Under the pieces are notes generated by a model. The model was not told the origin of the DNA. It was given only the letters and a program-made list of their open reading frames with translations, and searched no databases. Below, in pieces: positions 10,700-20,805 of a stretch of 64,000 nt of DNA. Within the stretch, counting starts at the first letter, position 1; each line of letters opens with the position of its first letter. Position numbers and translations under genes: made by a program. This DNA comes from an uncultured virus (IMG/VR IMGVR_UViG_3300042479_000659) (Duplodnaviria; Heunggongvirae; Uroviricota; Caudoviricetes): IMG/VR virus record IMGVR_UViG_3300042479_000659. The stretch is one strand, 5' to 3'.

Positions 10700-11493
10700 C
10701 CACTGGTGCATTAATATTTGCATTTAATAACGAGCAAACTGATTATCTTTCTATGGCAGCATGGTCTGCCAAAAACATACACAGGCATCTTGGAATCTCT
10801 GTGGCTGTTGTAACTGATTATGAAAACCCTCTAGGTGACTTTGATTATGTTATAAACACTCAAGCACAAAGTGGTGGTCAACGTTATTTTTCAGATTATG
10901 ATACCAATGTAACTTGGCATAACACCAATCGCATGGATGCATACACGTTAAGTCCTTGGGATCAAACGCTAGTACTCGATGCCGATTATGTCATTGCCAG
11001 TGATCAACTGCGTACTGTATTAAACAGCCGTCAAGATTTCATGTGCTATCGATTCGCCCGGGATGTAACAGGATTACAAACATTTGAAGATTTAAACTAC
11101 TTTGGCAATCATCGTATGCCCATGTGGTGGGCCACTGTGATGATGTTCCGTCGGAGCACAGCCTCAGAATTACTATTTGATTCAATGCAAATGATTCGTG
11201 ATAATTGGACACATTACAGGAACCTGTATAAGAATCCTGTTGCAACCTACAGAAATGATCATGCACTTAGTATTGCGTTAAATACTCTAAATGGACATAC
11301 ATTGTGTGTTGATGAGATTCCTGGAACACTGGCAAGCCTCACCCCAGAACATCAATTGACTCAACTTGATGCGGATTCATATAGAGTAGACTTTTTAACA
11401 CCGGATAAAAAAGCACGATGGATTACGCTGACACAAGATTTCCATGCCATGGGCAAACAACAACTAGGAGCAATAGTTGCCAATAGTCTCTGA
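10696..11493 (+). CDS. Nucleotide-diphospho-sugar transferase (GT-A fold, GT8-like)
   Basis: SPWDQTLVLDADY (DxD motif), RNDHALSIA. Confidence 0.7.
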   Translation: MTTGALIFAFNNEQTDYLSMAAWSAKNIHRHLGISVAVVTDYENPLGDFDYVINTQAQSGGQRYFSDYDTNVTWHNTNRMDAYTLSPWDQTLVLDADYVIASDQLRTVLNSRQDFMCYRFARDVTGLQTFEDLNYFGNHRMPMWWATVMMFRRSTASELLFDSMQMIRDNWTHYRNLYKNPVATYRNDHALSIALNTLNGHTLCVDEIPGTLASLTPEHQLTQLDADSYRVDFLTPDKKARWITLTQDFHAMGKQQLGAIVANSL

Positions 11494-12250
11494 ACGTGGA
11501 TATCTAATCCCTGCTATAGACACTGAAACCACTGACTATCTGTCATGTGCAGTTCAGTTGGCAAAGTCTATTAGGCAATGGCACCCCGATGCCAACATCT
11601 CTGTGCTCACAATTAAAAGGTGCAGTGACCCAGTGTTTGATCATGTTATTCCGTTGCCATATGGCAACCTTGGCGGCTATGCCAACGACTGGCAGGTGTT
11701 TCGTGCCAGCCCTTATAGACAAACTATTAAACTAGAAGCAGACATGATTGCTGCCAGCCCTGTTGATCACTGGTGGACTCTGTTTGAGCATCGTGATGTT
11801 GTGATCAGTCAAGGCTGTAGAGACTTTTATGACCAACCTAGTACCAGTAGATACTATCGTCGACTGTTTGACGAAAACAATTTGCCCGATGTGTACAATG
11901 CAATAACCTATTGGCGAGTAAGTAAAACAGCACAGGATTTTTTTAATCTAGTAGAGAAAATCTTTTCAAACTGGAGTTCTTATAAGGCTTTGTTAAAGTT
12001 TCCAGAAGAAGTTCCCAGTACTGATGTGGTATATGCCATGACCGCACAGATCATTGGGCCCGAACTGGTCACACTGCCCGCAGGCCTTGGCCCAACTATT
12101 GTACACATGAAACAACATGTAATTCCTACACATACTGATGATTGGACCGAAGAACTAGTGTGGGAAAATACCGATCCTGGTGTGCGGATCAACACCGTAG
12201 CACAATGGGGATTTGTGCATTATCATAATAAAGATTGGAGATTGCTTTGA
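11477..12250 (+). CDS. GT-A glycosyltransferase-like paralogue
   Basis: SPYRQTIKLEADM (ExD), terminal HYHNK; aligns by eye with the preceding gene. Confidence 0.6.
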   Translation: MPIVSERGYLIPAIDTETTDYLSCAVQLAKSIRQWHPDANISVLTIKRCSDPVFDHVIPLPYGNLGGYANDWQVFRASPYRQTIKLEADMIAASPVDHWWTLFEHRDVVISQGCRDFYDQPSTSRYYRRLFDENNLPDVYNAITYWRVSKTAQDFFNLVEKIFSNWSSYKALLKFPEEVPSTDVVYAMTAQIIGPELVTLPAGLGPTIVHMKQHVIPTHTDDWTEELVWENTDPGVRINTVAQWGFVHYHNKDWRLL

Positions 12251-12549
12251 GTAAAGAAGAAGATAAATTTAAAAAAAGTAAACGTCTATTAAAAGATGAA
12301 AATGCAGTGGCCAGACAAGTTAAGATTGCTAAAGCACATGGGTTAACTGATAAAGACAAAGCAGTTAAAGAGCCGCATCGATTGGCCAAGCATCATGTGA
12401 TGGACTGTGGTAATCCACAATGCCCGCTGTGCGGTAATCCTCGCAGAACACACAAAGACACACTGACAGCACAGGAAAAACGACTTTTCCAAGATGTTGA
12501 CAAAACAACAGATCGACACTCAAACGGTATTCCGCCTGCAGATGAATGA
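12247..12549 (+). CDS. Small basic Cys/His-motif protein
   Basis: HHVMDCGNPQCPLCGNPRR potential Zn site; start TTG 12247 chosen from overlap with upstream stop. Confidence 0.6.
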   Translation: MSKEEDKFKKSKRLLKDENAVARQVKIAKAHGLTDKDKAVKEPHRLAKHHVMDCGNPQCPLCGNPRRTHKDTLTAQEKRLFQDVDKTTDRHSNGIPPADE

Positions 12550-12889
12550 AACAACTGAAAATTTTTGGCTGGCACTAGCAGAGCCTGCGCCGGAACCTGT
12601 GCCTATCTTTTTTAGGTTATACTACAATGAGCGTGGTGAGCCAGTATCCTACAGCATGGAAGACTTGCCAGGTAATTACATAGAGATTGATGCAGAAACA
12701 TATCAACGCAGTAGGTCCAATGTTCGAGTTGTTGACGGCAAACTAGTGCCTGTTGTGTACAAAAGACCCGTTAGCAAGTTAAAACCCAGCACAACCGGGA
12801 CACCCTGTTCAATTGAGAATGTTTCTGTTATTGTGGCAGAAGACCAACCGCATATTAAATGGAGTTTAAAATCAAATGAATCAAATTGA
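12542..12889 (+). CDS. Hypothetical protein
   Basis: ORF overlapping both neighbours. Confidence 0.65.
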   Translation: MNETTENFWLALAEPAPEPVPIFFRLYYNERGEPVSYSMEDLPGNYIEIDAETYQRSRSNVRVVDGKLVPVVYKRPVSKLKPSTTGTPCSIENVSVIVAEDQPHIKWSLKSNESN

Positions 12890-13802
12890 TGTAGCAGACC
12901 TAGACTGCATCTACTTAACCTACGACGAACCACAGAAGGAAGAATTCTGGGTTCGAATTCGCAACATGGTGCCTTGGGCCAAACGTGTTGACGGAGTCAA
13001 AGGGTCTGATGCCGCACACAAAGCTGCCGCAGCCGCAAGTGACACAGAGCGTTTTATCTTAATTGATGGCGACAACATGCCGTACCCAGAGTTCTTTAAT
13101 CAAACCCTAACGTTCCCTACCGCTGACTATGAACAGGCAGTGTTCCGTTGGAGAGCGTGTAACAATATCAACGGACTGATGTATGGCAATGGCGGCATGA
13201 GTTCTTGGACACGTACATTTGTTAACGAAATGAAAACACATGAAAACACAGATGGCACAGCCGCTACCGAAGTAGAGTTTTGTTTTGATCCTTTATACTG
13301 GGCCATGCACGACTGTTATAGTACAACATATCCCAATGGTTCAGCGTTCCATGCATGGCGTGCCGGCTTCCGTGAGGGTGTTAAGATGTGTTTGAACAAA
13401 GGTGTGCGTCCCACTGTGGCAGAGTTCAAAGACCGTGTGCACCAACGCAATCTAGACAACTTGACTGTGTGGCACAATGTAGGACGTGATGCTGAACACG
13501 GAGTTTGGGCCATCGCCGGCGCAAGAATGGGCACATACATGACCATGCTGACCAATTGGGATCACAAACAAGTGCAATGGTTTGATTCGTTAAATGAGTT
13601 GTGGGATACAGTTAAAGACACTGAGCCGGAACTATTGTTAGGTCGCGTAGCCGAAGAGCTGAGCACACAGTTAGACTTGCCAATGGTATGGTATGAAGAA
13701 GAAGCCAGCAAGTTCTTTAAACATCACTATCGTAGCGGCTGGCATAATCAAGGCGTTATGACACGTGAAATTGATGTTATCAGGGCGCAAGAAGGATGGT
13801 AA
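12876..13802 (+). CDS. Putative glycosyltransferase (GT-A-like)
   Basis: YLTYDEP, RVDGVKGSDAAH, FILIDGDN (DxD), YGNGG, AWRAGFRE; similar to C-terminal domain of 31507..34338. Confidence 0.6.
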   Translation: MNQIDVADLDCIYLTYDEPQKEEFWVRIRNMVPWAKRVDGVKGSDAAHKAAAAASDTERFILIDGDNMPYPEFFNQTLTFPTADYEQAVFRWRACNNINGLMYGNGGMSSWTRTFVNEMKTHENTDGTAATEVEFCFDPLYWAMHDCYSTTYPNGSAFHAWRAGFREGVKMCLNKGVRPTVAEFKDRVHQRNLDNLTVWHNVGRDAEHGVWAIAGARMGTYMTMLTNWDHKQVQWFDSLNELWDTVKDTEPELLLGRVAEELSTQLDLPMVWYEEEASKFFKHHYRSGWHNQGVMTREIDVIRAQEGW

Positions 13803-13812
13803 GAAAAACAAC

Positions 13813-15225
13813 ATGGGAGTAGATATTTTATTTTGTTCTGTACCCGGAACTTTTTCCTTTCGTCCTACTCTTGCGCCAGCTGTGTTAAAAAGTTGTGCAG
13901 TTGCAGCTGGTTATACCAGCAAGGCTATTGATTTAAACATTGAAGTCGTCAATCTAATAAATCAAAATCCTAAAAAACTTCTCATTGAGGACTTTTTTAG
14001 ACTACAAAGAATACATCCAGACATAGTGGATGACATTGGCAATTTACTTGATTACTGTGCTGACAGGATCATAAGTTTGAATCCTTGCGTACTAGGGTTC
14101 AGTTTGCTTACTCAAGACAGTCAGTTTTTTACAATTTGGTTATGTTACCATCTTAAAACTTTAAATCCAGATCTTAAAATTGTAATCGGCGGTAGTGGTA
14201 TAAAGCATTTTATAGCAGAATCAAAATTAAACTTTGCCGAACTGCTAAAAACCAACGGATATATTGACGACTATATCAACGGCGATGGGGAATACAGTAT
14301 TGTAGAATATCTTTGCAATAATCTAAGCTACCCTGGCATAAACTCTGGAACTTGGCAACCTATCCCAGATTTAAATGCATTGTGCTATCCTGATTTTGCC
14401 GATTATGATTTTTCGCAATATCAAGATTCTGGTATCCCTATTTGCGATAGTAGAGGATGTGTACGAGCCTGTGAATTCTGTGATGTGATTGAGCACTGGA
14501 AAAAATATCAGTATAGAACTGCTGATAATATTTTTGCAGAAATGCTGCATCAAATCAAACAACACAACATCACAAGATTTTTCTTCTACAACGCATTGAC
14601 CAATGGCAACATGAAAGAATTTCAGAAGTTGTTGGATCTAATGTGCGGTTACAATGACAAAAATCCAACCGCTCAAATCTCTTGGGATGGATACTTTATT
14701 GTTAGAAATAAAAAACAACACCCAGAGGAGTTTTGGCAAAAAATTAAAAAATCAAACGGACATTTACAATTGGGTATTGAAAGTGTGGTAGAGAAAGTAA
14801 GAGTGGCGCTTGGCAAGAATTTTACAAACGAAGACATTGATTATCATCTAGACATGGCTAAAAAATATTCAGTTAAGTTGTTACTACTCCTTATCATTGG
14901 ATATCCAACTGAAACGCGACAAGATTTTGAATTTACAAAACAATGGTTTCAAGATCGCCAACATTATGCTTGCAATCCAATAGATCAGGTAGTATTTTCT
15001 TTGTCTGCAATATTGCCCAATACAAAATTAGAAAGAAAACAAGAAGAATACGGCATTGTCCGAGGTGAAATACCTACAATATGGATGACTCAGGCAACTG
15101 ATATTTCTACGCAAGATAGAATAACTTATTTCAATGAACTAAATGATTTATTAACATCATTAAATATGACTGCCTCCAACGGTGGCTCTAGTATAGACAT
15201 AACTTCCGTTGAGTTAGTTGCATGA
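13813..15225 (+). CDS. B12-binding radical SAM enzyme (class B methyltransferase-like)
   Basis: SRGCVRACEFC (CxxxCxxC), N-terminal cobalamin-binding-like KIVIGG...GDGE, GIES, IIGYPTET. Confidence 0.8.
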   Translation: MGVDILFCSVPGTFSFRPTLAPAVLKSCAVAAGYTSKAIDLNIEVVNLINQNPKKLLIEDFFRLQRIHPDIVDDIGNLLDYCADRIISLNPCVLGFSLLTQDSQFFTIWLCYHLKTLNPDLKIVIGGSGIKHFIAESKLNFAELLKTNGYIDDYINGDGEYSIVEYLCNNLSYPGINSGTWQPIPDLNALCYPDFADYDFSQYQDSGIPICDSRGCVRACEFCDVIEHWKKYQYRTADNIFAEMLHQIKQHNITRFFFYNALTNGNMKEFQKLLDLMCGYNDKNPTAQISWDGYFIVRNKKQHPEEFWQKIKKSNGHLQLGIESVVEKVRVALGKNFTNEDIDYHLDMAKKYSVKLLLLLIIGYPTETRQDFEFTKQWFQDRQHYACNPIDQVVFSLSAILPNTKLERKQEEYGIVRGEIPTIWMTQATDISTQDRITYFNELNDLLTSLNMTASNGGSSIDITSVELVA

Positions 15226-15680
15226 AAATAAATTTAACTTTACTTTGCTCAAATACACGGTGCAATGGGTCAATAAAAATTGAAATATTTGACCAAACAA
15301 GGCTCATTTATACAGGGGAAAATTTACCAAATGGGACAATGGGTATCGACTGTTTGATTAATTGGCCAACTACTATTAACATAATTACTAGTAATAAACA
15401 TCCAGATGACATGGAGGTCGACGCCGATGGTAATATACTTAAAGATAAATCAATTGAAGTCACTGGAATATTAATAAACAATTTTCCTATACATCAAGAT
15501 TTAATTGATAAACTTTTTATATGCCGTGTAGAAGGATCTTCAAATGTTACTCATGAAAATTGGTGGGGATTTAATGGAAAAATAAAAATTATTTTTGATC
15601 AACCAAACCCAATGAGGTATATGTTAGCATTAAAAAATGAATTTAATATAAATCGATTACATTGGGATAAAAATGAATAA
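15222..15680 (+). CDS. Hypothetical protein
   Basis: 152 aa AT-rich ORF, coupled to neighbours. Confidence 0.6.
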   Translation: MKINLTLLCSNTRCNGSIKIEIFDQTRLIYTGENLPNGTMGIDCLINWPTTINIITSNKHPDDMEVDADGNILKDKSIEVTGILINNFPIHQDLIDKLFICRVEGSSNVTHENWWGFNGKIKIIFDQPNPMRYMLALKNEFNINRLHWDKNE

Positions 15681-17079
15681 TAAAGGAGATGAAGTCACAA
15701 CTGACTTTAAATCAAAGTTTCTAAGCGGCGCCGAAGACATGAAGGCTATGTTAGGCTCGAGCATGTGTCTGGCCAAATGGAAACAAGTTAGCCTACACTT
15801 GACCACCGGCCTTAATAACTCCTGTTACCATCCGCCCTTGCATCCGATCTCTGCAACTGACCTACAACGTTCCGGCGGCATACACAACACTGAACACAAA
15901 AAGCAACAACGCATGATGATGATTCGCGGTGAAAAGCCCACAGAGTGTCAGTATTGCTGGAACATGGAAAACTTAGGCAAGCTATCAGACAGACATTACC
16001 GGTCAGGCGAGGCCTGGGCCGCAGTAGACTTTGAAAAAATTAAAAATAGTGTAGGTAATGAGGATGATGTTGTTCCTAGCTACGTAGAAGTCAACTTTAA
16101 TCATGCCTGTAATCTAAAGTGCAGTTATTGTTCACCACAATTTAGTTCCAGTTGGGGAGAAGAAATAGATCGATATGGTGCGTTTCCTACAAGCAAACCA
16201 CATAATGCACCCGAACATTTTGTAGGCAATCGCAAACCTATTCCTGTCAGAGAACACAATCCTTATGTTGATGCATTTTGGGAATGGTGGCCAACACTTT
16301 ATCCAGAACTGGTACACTTTAGAATGACTGGGGGTGAACCACTAATGGACCGGAACACCTACAGGGTGTTTGATTATGTGTTAGAACACCCTAGTCCTAA
16401 ACTACACTTGAACGTAACGTCAAATTTCTCTGTAGAAGATCAACTGTTTAAAAAGTACATATCCTATGTAAAGCGTCTGTGTACACCGGACATTGAACAC
16501 TTTATGCAGTATGTCAGCTTAGACTCTGGTCTAGCACCACAAGCAGAATACATACGCCACGGATTAGACTACAATCGCATGGCCAACAATGTTGAAGAAT
16601 TCTTACGTGATATTCCCAATCGCAACAGTTTGACGTTTATTATTACTATGAACAATTTAACTGTCACTGGTTTGCCTGCACTGTTAAAATGGATACTAGA
16701 ATTAAGAAAAACATATTCGACAACTTATCAACGTGTGTGGTTTGATACTCCTGTACTACGTGAACCTGCTTGGCAAAGTTTACAAATACTTCCAGAAAGT
16801 TATGCACAACAATTAGAACGTGCTAGAGATTTTATGTTGGCTAACATGGTTACAGAAGCTAACCCTTTACACGGATTTAAAGATTACGAAGTGCAACGTA
16901 TTGAACGTGACATTGCGTGGATGCGTGAAGGACAACACAAAGACACTACAACTGCCCAAGCAGATTTTTATCGCTTTTTTGCGGAACACGATCGTAGACG
17001 TGGCACTGATTTCTCAACAGCTTTTCCAGAAATGCGAGCATGGTGGGCAGAATGTGAGTACCATGCTCGGCAATCGTAA
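15673..17079 (+). CDS. Radical SAM protein with N-terminal twitch/SPASM-like domain
   Basis: CNLKCSYC, TGGEP; N-terminal CLAKW...SCYH...CQYC. Confidence 0.85.
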   Translation: MNNKGDEVTTDFKSKFLSGAEDMKAMLGSSMCLAKWKQVSLHLTTGLNNSCYHPPLHPISATDLQRSGGIHNTEHKKQQRMMMIRGEKPTECQYCWNMENLGKLSDRHYRSGEAWAAVDFEKIKNSVGNEDDVVPSYVEVNFNHACNLKCSYCSPQFSSSWGEEIDRYGAFPTSKPHNAPEHFVGNRKPIPVREHNPYVDAFWEWWPTLYPELVHFRMTGGEPLMDRNTYRVFDYVLEHPSPKLHLNVTSNFSVEDQLFKKYISYVKRLCTPDIEHFMQYVSLDSGLAPQAEYIRHGLDYNRMANNVEEFLRDIPNRNSLTFIITMNNLTVTGLPALLKWILELRKTYSTTYQRVWFDTPVLREPAWQSLQILPESYAQQLERARDFMLANMVTEANPLHGFKDYEVQRIERDIAWMREGQHKDTTTAQADFYRFFAEHDRRRGTDFSTAFPEMRAWWAECEYHARQS

Positions 17080-18202
17080 ATTTATCATTGACACAATGAG
17101 CGAGGTTTACAGTATGATGAAACCTTACTCTGACGATGAGTTGTGGGATCTAGGCGCTCACGAAATTCAGCCCAACTCAATCTATCTAATAGGCCGCAAG
17201 CAAATGGTAGAACACACAGATCGTATCAGATCAATGGCTGCTGACCCAACTATAACTGTGATATTTGGCAACAGTGCCGAAGGATCTAAAACAATTGTAG
17301 ATCAATTGCGTGTGTTAAAAATAGAAGACTTAGTGATTTCGGGAAAGATATTGCTGTTGAGTGGCGGCGAAATTGAACCTCAATATTCATATTTGTTGCA
17401 TGAACATTTTATCACACACATACTAGATTATGAAGAAAACATTCAAGCACAACAACGCACTGATGAAATTTTTAACAAAAAAATTAAACCTTATAAATTT
17501 TTATTTTTAAACGGACGGGTACGTTCTCATAGAAAATACCTACTTGAAAGATTGCGTCAGCTGGACATTTTAGACAGTGCAATCTGGACCATGTTAGATG
17601 GCCGAATTCCAAATAATCAATATTTTAGTCTACATGAAAACGGCATAGATGTAATTGGTCAAAATACTGCAATTAAACAGTTGCCTTCAGAATACGAATT
17701 TAAATTTTTTAAGAATAAATCTATTGTGTTGGATTACCCACATAAATTTGCCAAAAATGAATTGTTTGACACCCACTGGGGTGAAATCTATTTAGAACCT
17801 GCCCCGTACATTGACACCTACTTTAGTTTAGTAACTGAAACTGTGTTTGAATATCCTTATAGTTTTAGAACAGAAAAAATTGCCAAACCATTGGCAATGG
17901 GCCATCCGTGGATCTGTGCCTCCAGTGTGGGATTTTATCGAGACATGCACAAATTGGGATTTCAAACATTTGGACATGTGATAGATGAAAGTTTTGATAT
18001 AATCGACAATCATCAAGATCGAATGGAAAGAATAGCAATGATAGTCAAAGATTTATGTCAACAAGATCTTGCAAGTTTTCTAAATGAATGCTATAATGTA
18101 TGTAAATACAATCAACAACACCTTGCAGAATTGCGCACACAGTGTCGCAAAGAGTTTCCTGACCGTTTCCAACAATTTATCAATGAACGATTTAGATTTT
18201 AA
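17063..18202 (+). CDS. Putative glycosyltransferase-like protein ('ET..TEK..K' family, GT10-like C-terminus)
   Basis: FSLVTETVF...RTEKIAKPLAMGHPW...LGFQTF..VIDESFD; six paralogues in window. Confidence 0.5.
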   Translation: MLGNRKFIIDTMSEVYSMMKPYSDDELWDLGAHEIQPNSIYLIGRKQMVEHTDRIRSMAADPTITVIFGNSAEGSKTIVDQLRVLKIEDLVISGKILLLSGGEIEPQYSYLLHEHFITHILDYEENIQAQQRTDEIFNKKIKPYKFLFLNGRVRSHRKYLLERLRQLDILDSAIWTMLDGRIPNNQYFSLHENGIDVIGQNTAIKQLPSEYEFKFFKNKSIVLDYPHKFAKNELFDTHWGEIYLEPAPYIDTYFSLVTETVFEYPYSFRTEKIAKPLAMGHPWICASSVGFYRDMHKLGFQTFGHVIDESFDIIDNHQDRMERIAMIVKDLCQQDLASFLNECYNVCKYNQQHLAELRTQCRKEFPDRFQQFINERFRF

Positions 18203-19541
18203 ACATGAAATTTTAGACACCAAGAGTGCAAGTTTTTGTGCGGCCAAATGGTACAATGCTACCATATGGTTGGGAAGTGGACAAACTACCAGTTGCCACC
18301 ATCCACCGGCACACTCAATTGATCTGGATGCACTGGCCGCCAATCCCTCTGCACTGCACAACACCGCAAAGAAAAAAGATGATCGGCGGCTGATGTTGGA
18401 AGGAAAACGTCCCACAGGTTGTGAATACTGCTGGAAGATTGAAGACATGGGCAAAGATTCCGTATCTGACCGTGTGTACAAAAGTAAAATTTACCCTATA
18501 GAGGCCTTAGATGAAGCATACCGCACACCCCATACAGAAGATGTCAATCTTCGCACACTTGAAATTGCATTCGACCGCACTTGCCAATTTGCTTGTAGCT
18601 ATTGTAACCCTGCTTTCAGTAGCACATGGGTTAATGATATCAAGCGAAGCGGCCCATATGTCGGCCTGGTGTCTGATGGGCGTAATCACTTTACTCATGC
18701 TCATGCTAGCAGTCAACTATACCGATTTGGTGAAACGAATCCCTATATTGAAGCGTTCTTTAAATGGTGGGAAACTGACCTACACCGAACACTCCAAGAA
18801 TTACGAATAACCGGCGGCGAGCCGCTGATGAGTGCAGAGACATGGAAACTGATTGACTGGTTTAAAAACAATCCAGGCAGATCAACCACCCGGTTAGCAA
18901 TTAACTCAAATCTTGGTGCAGATGTAGATGTAGATAGATTGATTGAAAGCACACAGGGCTTGGATGTAGAAATTTACACATCAATGGAAGCCGTTGGTGC
19001 TCACGCTGAATATATTCGAGATGGACTAGATTATCCTGCTTGGGAAAATAATGTAGTTAAATTACTAGACAGTCACGTGGGTGCAGTACACATAATGGCC
19101 ACAATCAATGCACTGTGTTTGACCACACTGCCAATGTTACTGCATTACGTAGTACAACTTAAATCAAAGTATGGTCGTGAACGTGTTAACTTTACATTAA
19201 ATATACTGAGATTTCCTAGTTTTCAAAGTCCACTGGTACTGCCCCGGGCATTGCTTACACGTCATATGCTTGACTTATCTAATTTCCTAAAGCGTTGGAA
19301 AACGGTTCCTGGCATACTGCACGAACACGAAATTAATCATCTACAACGATTAATTGATTATTTAGATGTGGTAAAAACTCCGCACTCAGACGCATTTGAT
19401 ATGCCTAAGTTACACAATGACTTTAAGCAGTTTTACACACAGTATGATCAACGCCGTGGAAAAAGTTTTAAAGATACATTTAAAGATAGTTATCCGATAG
19501 ACGTAACATTATCAACATGGTATGACTCAATACAAGTATAA
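18183..19541 (+). CDS. Radical SAM protein with N-terminal twitch-like domain
   Basis: CQFACSYC, TGGEP; CAAKW...SCHH...CEYC. Confidence 0.85.
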   Translation: MNDLDFKHEILDTKSASFCAAKWYNATIWLGSGQTTSCHHPPAHSIDLDALAANPSALHNTAKKKDDRRLMLEGKRPTGCEYCWKIEDMGKDSVSDRVYKSKIYPIEALDEAYRTPHTEDVNLRTLEIAFDRTCQFACSYCNPAFSSTWVNDIKRSGPYVGLVSDGRNHFTHAHASSQLYRFGETNPYIEAFFKWWETDLHRTLQELRITGGEPLMSAETWKLIDWFKNNPGRSTTRLAINSNLGADVDVDRLIESTQGLDVEIYTSMEAVGAHAEYIRDGLDYPAWENNVVKLLDSHVGAVHIMATINALCLTTLPMLLHYVVQLKSKYGRERVNFTLNILRFPSFQSPLVLPRALLTRHMLDLSNFLKRWKTVPGILHEHEINHLQRLIDYLDVVKTPHSDAFDMPKLHNDFKQFYTQYDQRRGKSFKDTFKDSYPIDVTLSTWYDSIQV

Positions 19542-20805
19542 CTCAACAGATTTAGTACGCCCAACAGATCTAACACAACGTGAAGAGTTTTTATTAAAAG
19601 ATTCCAAAACGTTTTGTATCTACCCTTGGATACACTTACACGCATATCCCACAGGCGAAGCATATCCTTGCTGTCACGCCGAAATGGGTGTGGGCCAAAT
19701 AGGCAACTGTCGTTCAGCCACGTTGACAGAAATATGGAACAGCCCAGAACAAAAACAACTACGTGTTGACATGTTGACAGAAACTCCCAACCCGGCCTGC
19801 GGCCGTTGTTACGAACAGGAAGAATCAGGATTTTTCAGTGGGCGTAAAAGTGCCAACAAGCACCACGGGCATCATGTTAATCGAGTAGATAATACCAATG
19901 AAACTGGGCATGTTGATCAATTTGAAATGACCTATTGGGATCTGCGATTTAGTAATCTTTGCAATTTAAGTTGTCGTAGTTGTGGACATATCTTTAGCAG
20001 TAGTTGGTACAAAGATCAATCCGAATTAGCAGGTCCAGCCTGGGCCGGTCAAAACAAACCTCTTAACTATGCTGGTCGTTTTGCTACTGACCTGTGGGAA
20101 CAACTAATTGAGCACATTGATCATGTAGAGCAGATTTACTTTGCCGGTGGCGAACCCCTGATGATGGAAGAACATTACTTGATTCTAGAAGAACTAGAAC
20201 GTCGTGGCCGCTTTGATGTCAGATTAATATACAACACCAACTTTACACAAACACGCCTCAAAGATAGAACAGTTTTTGATTACTGGCGCAAGTTTGACAG
20301 TGTGGCCGTGGGCGCCAGTTTAGATGCTCAAGGATCACGCGGCGAGTACATACGCAAAGGCACAGACTGGGCTGTGGTAGAATCTAATCGTAGACAAATG
20401 ATGGAAATATGCCCACAGGTAGATTTTTACATTAGTCCTACACTGAGTATAATGAATGCCTGGCATCTTCCAGACTTTCACAGGGATTGGGTCGAAAAAG
20501 GTCTGCTAAAGCCACAAGATCTCAACGTGAACATACTACAAGATCCTGCTTATTTACGCATTGATATTGCACCTGCAGAATACAAACAAAAAATACAACA
20601 CAAATATGAACAACATTTAGAATGGCTACGTCCATTGGATCAGTTAAATCGTGCCACTGTGGGATTTGAAAGTGCTATTGCATTTATGAACAGCACAGAC
20701 AATACACATCTACTAGATACCTTTTGGCGCAAGACGTACGAGCTTGACGCTATTAGACGAGAACATGTACTTGATGTGTTACCAGAATTAAGAGCAATTA
20801 AATGA
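19522..20805 (+). CDS. Radical SAM protein with N-terminal twitch/SPASM domain
   Basis: CNLSCRSC, AGGEP; CIYPW...YPCC...IGN..LTEIWNS...CGRC. Confidence 0.85.
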   Translation: MTQYKYNSTDLVRPTDLTQREEFLLKDSKTFCIYPWIHLHAYPTGEAYPCCHAEMGVGQIGNCRSATLTEIWNSPEQKQLRVDMLTETPNPACGRCYEQEESGFFSGRKSANKHHGHHVNRVDNTNETGHVDQFEMTYWDLRFSNLCNLSCRSCGHIFSSSWYKDQSELAGPAWAGQNKPLNYAGRFATDLWEQLIEHIDHVEQIYFAGGEPLMMEEHYLILEELERRGRFDVRLIYNTNFTQTRLKDRTVFDYWRKFDSVAVGASLDAQGSRGEYIRKGTDWAVVESNRRQMMEICPQVDFYISPTLSIMNAWHLPDFHRDWVEKGLLKPQDLNVNILQDPAYLRIDIAPAEYKQKIQHKYEQHLEWLRPLDQLNRATVGFESAIAFMNSTDNTHLLDTFWRKTYELDAIRREHVLDVLPELRAIK

